Shown here in pieces: positions 59,616 through 64,000 of a stretch of DNA of 64,000 nt. A program made the translations under genes and the position numbers. How positions within the stretch are numbered: the stretch's first letter is position 1; the number at the start of each line of letters is the position of its first letter. Location of the stretch: contig JAXHUQ010000001.1 of NCBI GenBank assembly GCA_034189535.1, positions 67 through 64,066 on the forward strand, read 5' to 3'. Source of the DNA: Halobacteriota archaeon. Lineage in GTDB: Archaea > Halobacteriota > Syntropharchaeia > DAOWMC01. The notes under the pieces were generated by a model that saw nothing but the letters and a program-made list of their open reading frames with translations, was not told the DNA's origin and searched no databases.

Positions 59616-61593
59616 ATGGCAATAAATGTTGCTTTGATTGGAAATCCAAATGTTGGAAAGACCGTGATCTTCAATTATCTGACCGGATCACGCCAGCATG
59701 TTGGAAACTGGCCAGGAGTTACAGTCGAAAAAAAGGATGGTAAATGCACTTACAAAGGAGAAGAGATGAATATGGTGGATCTACCAGGAACTTACAGCCT
59801 TACAGCCAGTGCAGTCGATGAAATGATCGCAAGGAACTATATTATAAATGAAAAACCAGATGTTGTCGTTGATATCGTCGATGCATCAAACATCGAGCGT
59901 AATCTTTATCTCACACTTCTTCTACTCGAGCTGGAGGCAAATGTAGTAGTAGCTCTTAACATGATGGATGTTGCGACTTCAAAGTATCAGATTGATGTTG
60001 ATATGTTGTCAAGATTACTTGGAGTGCCTGTAGTTTCTACTGTCGCAACCAAGGGAGAAGGTATGGAGGAGCTCAAAGAAAAGATAGTAATGGCTGCAAA
60101 AGGCAAAGATAAGAGAAGATTCATCACAATTGGATATGGGGAAAAGATTGAAAGGCAGATTAAAGGGGTAGAAGAGGTTATCTCAAAAGACAGGGATTTT
60201 TTAACAAATATCCTTTAAGATGGCTTGCGATTAAGATACTGGAGAAGGATAAAAATGTATTGGAGAATGTAAATAGTTCTACACATGCAGAAGAGATATT
60301 GGGGCTTTTATCATGAGTGATGTATTTTGTAATGAAGATCCGGAAGTTGTATTTGCTGAGAAGAGATATGATGCAATATCTGAAATACTTGATAAGACGC
60401 TAAAAAAGAAAAAGGCAGAGATGAGTATCTCCGACATGCTAGACAAGGTAATGCTCCATCGGTCTCTTGGAATACCAATATTTCTTGCATTGTTGTGGGC
60501 GATGTTTCAATTCGCTTTTGTCTTATCAGAGCCATTTATGGTGATGCTTGAAGGAGTATTTGGATGGCTTGGTGGCCTTTTTGGAGAGGTAGAAACACCG
60601 CTAGTATCCCTTTGGGCAGACGGGATATGTGGTGGACTTGGTTTTGTCCTAGTTTTTGTATTTCCGATATTTTTCCTGTTTCTTATACTTGCGATACTTG
60701 AAGACAGTGGATACCTCCCAAGAGCTGCTTTCGTGATGGATCGTTTGATGTACAAATTAGGTCTTCATGGAAAATCATTCATCCCGATGATCATGGGATT
60801 CGGATGTAATTTGCCTGCTATAATGTCAACAAGGAGTATAGAAGACGAAAGAGACAGGCTTATCACTATACTAGTAAATCCGTTGATTTCATGCGGTGCC
60901 AGACTTCCTGTATACGTTCTTATCGCAGGTGCACTCTTCGGTGCTTATGCAGGGTCTGCAATATTTTCGATGTACATCTTAGGCATAGGACTTGCGATCG
61001 TGATGGCATTACTATTCAGAAGAGTGATTCCCGGACTTAAAGGCAAACCTGCACCTTTTGTTATGGAGCTTCCGCCCTACAGATTACCGACCGCAAAGAG
61101 TGTCCTTTTACATATGTGGGAGCGAGGTGTTGTCTATTTGAAAAAGGCCGGAACGATACTTTTAGGAGGTGCAATTGTACTGTGGTTCATGTCTTCATTT
61201 CCTTGGGGAACTCCCCTCGAGATGAGTTATGCCGGGAGCCTCGGACATCTTCTTGAACCACTCGTCCGCCCGCTCGGTTTTGACTGGATGGCTGCATTGG
61301 CGTTATTCTTCGGATTCCTGGCAAAAGAGATTCTTGTTGAGACTTTCGGAATCCTCTACGGTGTTGCAGGAGAAGAAGCAATAATGGGTGCAGTTGGGAC
61401 ACACATGAACCCTGTTACCGGACTTGCGTTTATGGCCTTCACATTGATATACCTACCATGTCTTGCAACACTTGGTATAGTGAAGGCAGAGACAGGATCA
61501 TGGAAGTGGGTTGCATTTCTTGTAATCTATGAGTTGATACTGGCATACATTGTTGCTGCGATTATTGTGGGAGTGGGATCTTTCATATTGTGA
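59616..61593 (+). pseudogene. feoB: Second feoB interrupted by two frameshifts (frame 0 to 2 near 60197-60202, frame 2 to 1 near 60300-60313)
   Basis: G-domain ORF 59616..60218 with 'LIGNPNVGKTVIFNYLTG'. The helical domain 'YPLRWLAIKILEKD...' reads in a different frame. The membrane domain ORF is 60313..61593. The break points sit at a T6 run and a G4/T4 run. Confidence 0.55.
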
Positions 61594-61604
61594 GGTGATG
61601 AAAG

Positions 61605-62030
61605 ATGGGTTATAAAATATGGAGTATCTATGTGTTTGTATTCGGAGCCTTATGTCTATTTCTTGGCTCTATGGAGGTGGCTTCAGTTCCACTGGGTATC
61701 GACTCAGTGGTTCCTGCAGACCTATTTGGTGGATTTGTAATGTTTGTAACCGGTGCCGTCTACCTATCAGGTCTGGATGATCTCCTTTCTGAAAGGCAGG
61801 AAGGGCTCTCGTTTGCTATCGTTGGTACGTTGCTACTTGCCGTATTTGGGATTTTATATCTTCTTGTGATCGGTGCGGATGGTCTGATGTACCTAATAGG
61901 AGGGGCTGAAGAGTTCTCTTTTGCAAGTGGATTTAGGCCTGAGATATGGCTGTTTGCAGCATCACTTCCTGCCGCCATATATATTGTAAGGGGAAGAGAA
62001 GATCCAGGAAGGTTGGTAAATGGATTTTAA
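61605..62030 (+). CDS. Hypothetical small membrane protein
   Basis: Four predicted TM segments; starts 12 nt after the feoB membrane-domain ORF. Confidence 0.35.
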   Translation: MGYKIWSIYVFVFGALCLFLGSMEVASVPLGIDSVVPADLFGGFVMFVTGAVYLSGLDDLLSERQEGLSFAIVGTLLLAVFGILYLLVIGADGLMYLIGGAEEFSFASGFRPEIWLFAASLPAAIYIVRGREDPGRLVNGF

Positions 62031-62141
62031 AAAGTTTGTAAAGAAGGTAGGGGTAGCAGCATTCAAGCTTGCTACCACCACTGGTTGTAGTGGTTAACAT
62101 AGGAAATTGTTGTGGGATGACAAAAGAAGAAGAAAAAGAAC

Positions 62142-62837
62142 TCAATCCAAAGTAGGAATATCATCTCGGAAGCTGACCTCTATCGGATAAATAACGCTAT
62201 CGATTGTGATATCAAAGTCAATCACATCCGTCCAACCGTTCTCTACAAATACCCCACCGAAGGAGAATCCGATAATCCTTGCATCATTTGAGATCTCTTT
62301 TATAAGGCCCTCCACATCTTCAGCAGTTGTTTTGTATTTGGGTATCGCAAGACCTCCCAAGATTACAATTACATCACAATTGAAAGCATCTGCAAAATTT
62401 TCCATGATTTGGTACCCTACTCCCTCTATCATCTTCATCTCCCTTGCGTCCTTTGCAATCGCTTTGGGAATGAAGATTATCTTATAACCGCGATCTCGCA
62501 TCGCATAAGAAAGAAGCTGTGCAAAGGGACTACATATACCAACAGATCCAACAAATGCAATCTTGGAACCCTCTTTGATACCCTCTATGGACTCCATAAA
62601 CGCTTTTATAAGTCCATTAAGTCCTCTGTAACTCATATTTCGCTCCATTGTCTTTGTTAAACCCTCGATAAGATACATCGGTATCAAACCCGAAAAAGGT
62701 TCCTTATTATGCTCTATCATCCACGGTAATAGTAAGTTCAGCTTGGTCAAAGTAATTGTGCCCTGATCTATATTCCTCAATTCCTCATGAGATTCGGACC
62801 GAAATCCTCCGACTCTGAAGTACACCCCTTCAGGCAC
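62142..62837 (-). CDS. Conserved hypothetical protein
   Basis: 231-aa ORF with coding-like composition; no recognisable motif. Confidence 0.3.
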   Translation of the reverse strand: MPEGVYFRVGGFRSESHEELRNIDQGTITLTKLNLLLPWMIEHNKEPFSGLIPMYLIEGLTKTMERNMSYRGLNGLIKAFMESIEGIKEGSKIAFVGSVGICSPFAQLLSYAMRDRGYKIIFIPKAIAKDAREMKMIEGVGYQIMENFADAFNCDVIVILGGLAIPKYKTTAEDVEGLIKEISNDARIIGFSFGGVFVENGWTDVIDFDITIDSVIYPIEVSFRDDIPTLD

Positions 62838-63060
62838 ACTTTACTTTCATCTCTTCCTCCTTCTAAATTTGCGAGCATTTCATATAACGTTAAGGCATAT
62901 GTGACGTTTCCCCTGACCGAAGGAAAAAGGGAAATGTGGCGGAGCCCAAGTGAGGCTTTTACCGGACGCAGCATATATGCTGTGCCATCTGTTGTGCTGT
63001 GCCGTTCTCTTTTTATTATGGGCGAGAAAATTTTCTTTATCTGTGGACATTCTGCCTAAA

Positions 63061-63741
63061 TTATTTCATGAACAGTTCCATTGGGAATGGCTTACCATGC
63101 CCGGGATAAACGGTATTTATCTCTAAACTTTTCATCTTCTCAACACTGACATTCGCTGCTGATAAATCGTCCATAATAGAATTGAGAACAGGTTTGTCTT
63201 TGTTTTCGAACAGATCACCACAAAACAGGTCGCCATAGGCTGTCAGGATTCCGATTGACCCTTTTGAGTGCCCTGGAATATGGAGAACTTTAGCATCGAA
63301 TCCATATTCAGAGAGATCGTATCCATCTTCGATATATAAATCTGGTTGAAATCTTTCCTTTTTTCCAAACCTGAATAGGATGCGAGCTATCGTTCCAAGG
63401 AGAATATTGCCTTTTCTTCTATTCCAGAACATGTCCCCACGTTCGGCCATTCCTGAATCGTCTTGGTGCATGGCTATCTTTACATCGAACTTTTCATTGA
63501 GATAGGCGGCATTGCCAGTATGGTCAAAATCTCCATGTGTTAAAACGATAAGCTTGAGATTGCCGGGATTGCAGCCGGCGCTTTCAAGTTCTTTTTCAAT
63601 GTTTGTACGCTTATTTGAACCACCTGTGTCGATCAGGATACAGCCGGTGTCAGTTTCTATAAGGTAGCAATTTACAGTACCTAACTTACAAGGTAACGAT
63701 GAACTAATGGTTTTGATTTTTCCCATAGTCATGTTAAACAC
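63061..63741 (-). CDS. Metallo-beta-lactamase-fold hydrolase
   Basis: 'LTHGDFDHTGN' HxHxDH motif and a later 'HIPGHSKGS' metal ligand. Confidence 0.7.
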   Translation of the reverse strand: MFNMTMGKIKTISSSLPCKLGTVNCYLIETDTGCILIDTGGSNKRTNIEKELESAGCNPGNLKLIVLTHGDFDHTGNAAYLNEKFDVKIAMHQDDSGMAERGDMFWNRRKGNILLGTIARILFRFGKKERFQPDLYIEDGYDLSEYGFDAKVLHIPGHSKGSIGILTAYGDLFCGDLFENKDKPVLNSIMDDLSAANVSVEKMKSLEINTVYPGHGKPFPMELFMK

Positions 63742-64000
63742 CTTTTTAATTTTAAGATTTTTTACTCATCCTTTTTGTCTTTCTTAGGCACAGCATTTCA
63801 GATAACGTTTGCGGATATGAGAAGTTACGGAGCGAAGCGTAGCAATTTGGGTGAGCCCCGAGCCAAGGGGCGAACCTCACATCCGCTGTTATACGCCCCT
63901 ACGACTGAAAGGAGAAGAGCGCAGCGTGGCACGAAGCGTAGTGGGGTGAGTTCAAAAATTTTCTCGTTTTTATGTATTATGATAGGATTTCCTCAATTAT

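Noticed and set aside
63780-63960. Semi-repeated 'GCGAAGCGTAG...GGTGAG' motifs and a short hairpin at the window end
   Set aside because: There are only two imperfect copies with no regular spacing. It is not a CRISPR array and not identifiable as an RNA.

Overview
This 64 kb window looks like part of an archaeal chromosome at about 42% GC, most likely from a methanogen or anaerobic methanotroph. The supporting signals are CofD for F420 biosynthesis, formylmethanofuran:H4MPT formyltransferase (Ftr), the ACDS delta subunit CdhD, and multiheme cytochrome c with PGF-CTERM surface proteins as in ANME-2/Methanoperedens; Archaeoglobi is not excluded. The backbone is mostly core genes: RNA polymerase subunit F, L44e, S27e, aIF2alpha, Nop10, Gar1, TFB, PolD small subunit, RNase P RNA, lysA, hom and leuA/cimA. 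Six regions are not routine. (1) At 11.9–18.4 kb there is a dense tandemly duplicated cluster of small Ras-like GTPases fused to degenerate KaiC/RecA-like domains, four Roadblock/LC7 (MglB-like) proteins, three V4R (Bet3/TRAPP-like) proteins and a stand-alone degenerate KaiC-like protein. Some paralogues are near-identical and one tract looks like gene conversion. This is the best candidate for an undescribed eukaryote-like GTPase signalling/'trafficking-like' module. (2) A Tat-exported, Cys-type (non-Sec) formate dehydrogenase FdhAB is followed by a tri-heme c-type cytochrome carrying a PGF-CTERM archaeosortase anchor. (3) A roughly 270 bp non-coding element occurs twice as a direct repeat about 53 kb apart. 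(4) Two feoAB iron-uptake loci flank a tandem DtxR pair; one feoB is broken at homopolymers and one FeoA has a His-rich extension. (5) Four consecutive secreted glycoprotein genes include a 1439-aa giant whose C-terminal domain is duplicated as a separate small protein. (6) There are IS630-like and aminotransferase gene remnants. Coordinates for genes not in the ORF track (Nop10, a zinc-ribbon ORF, RNase P RNA) were derived by hand translation.
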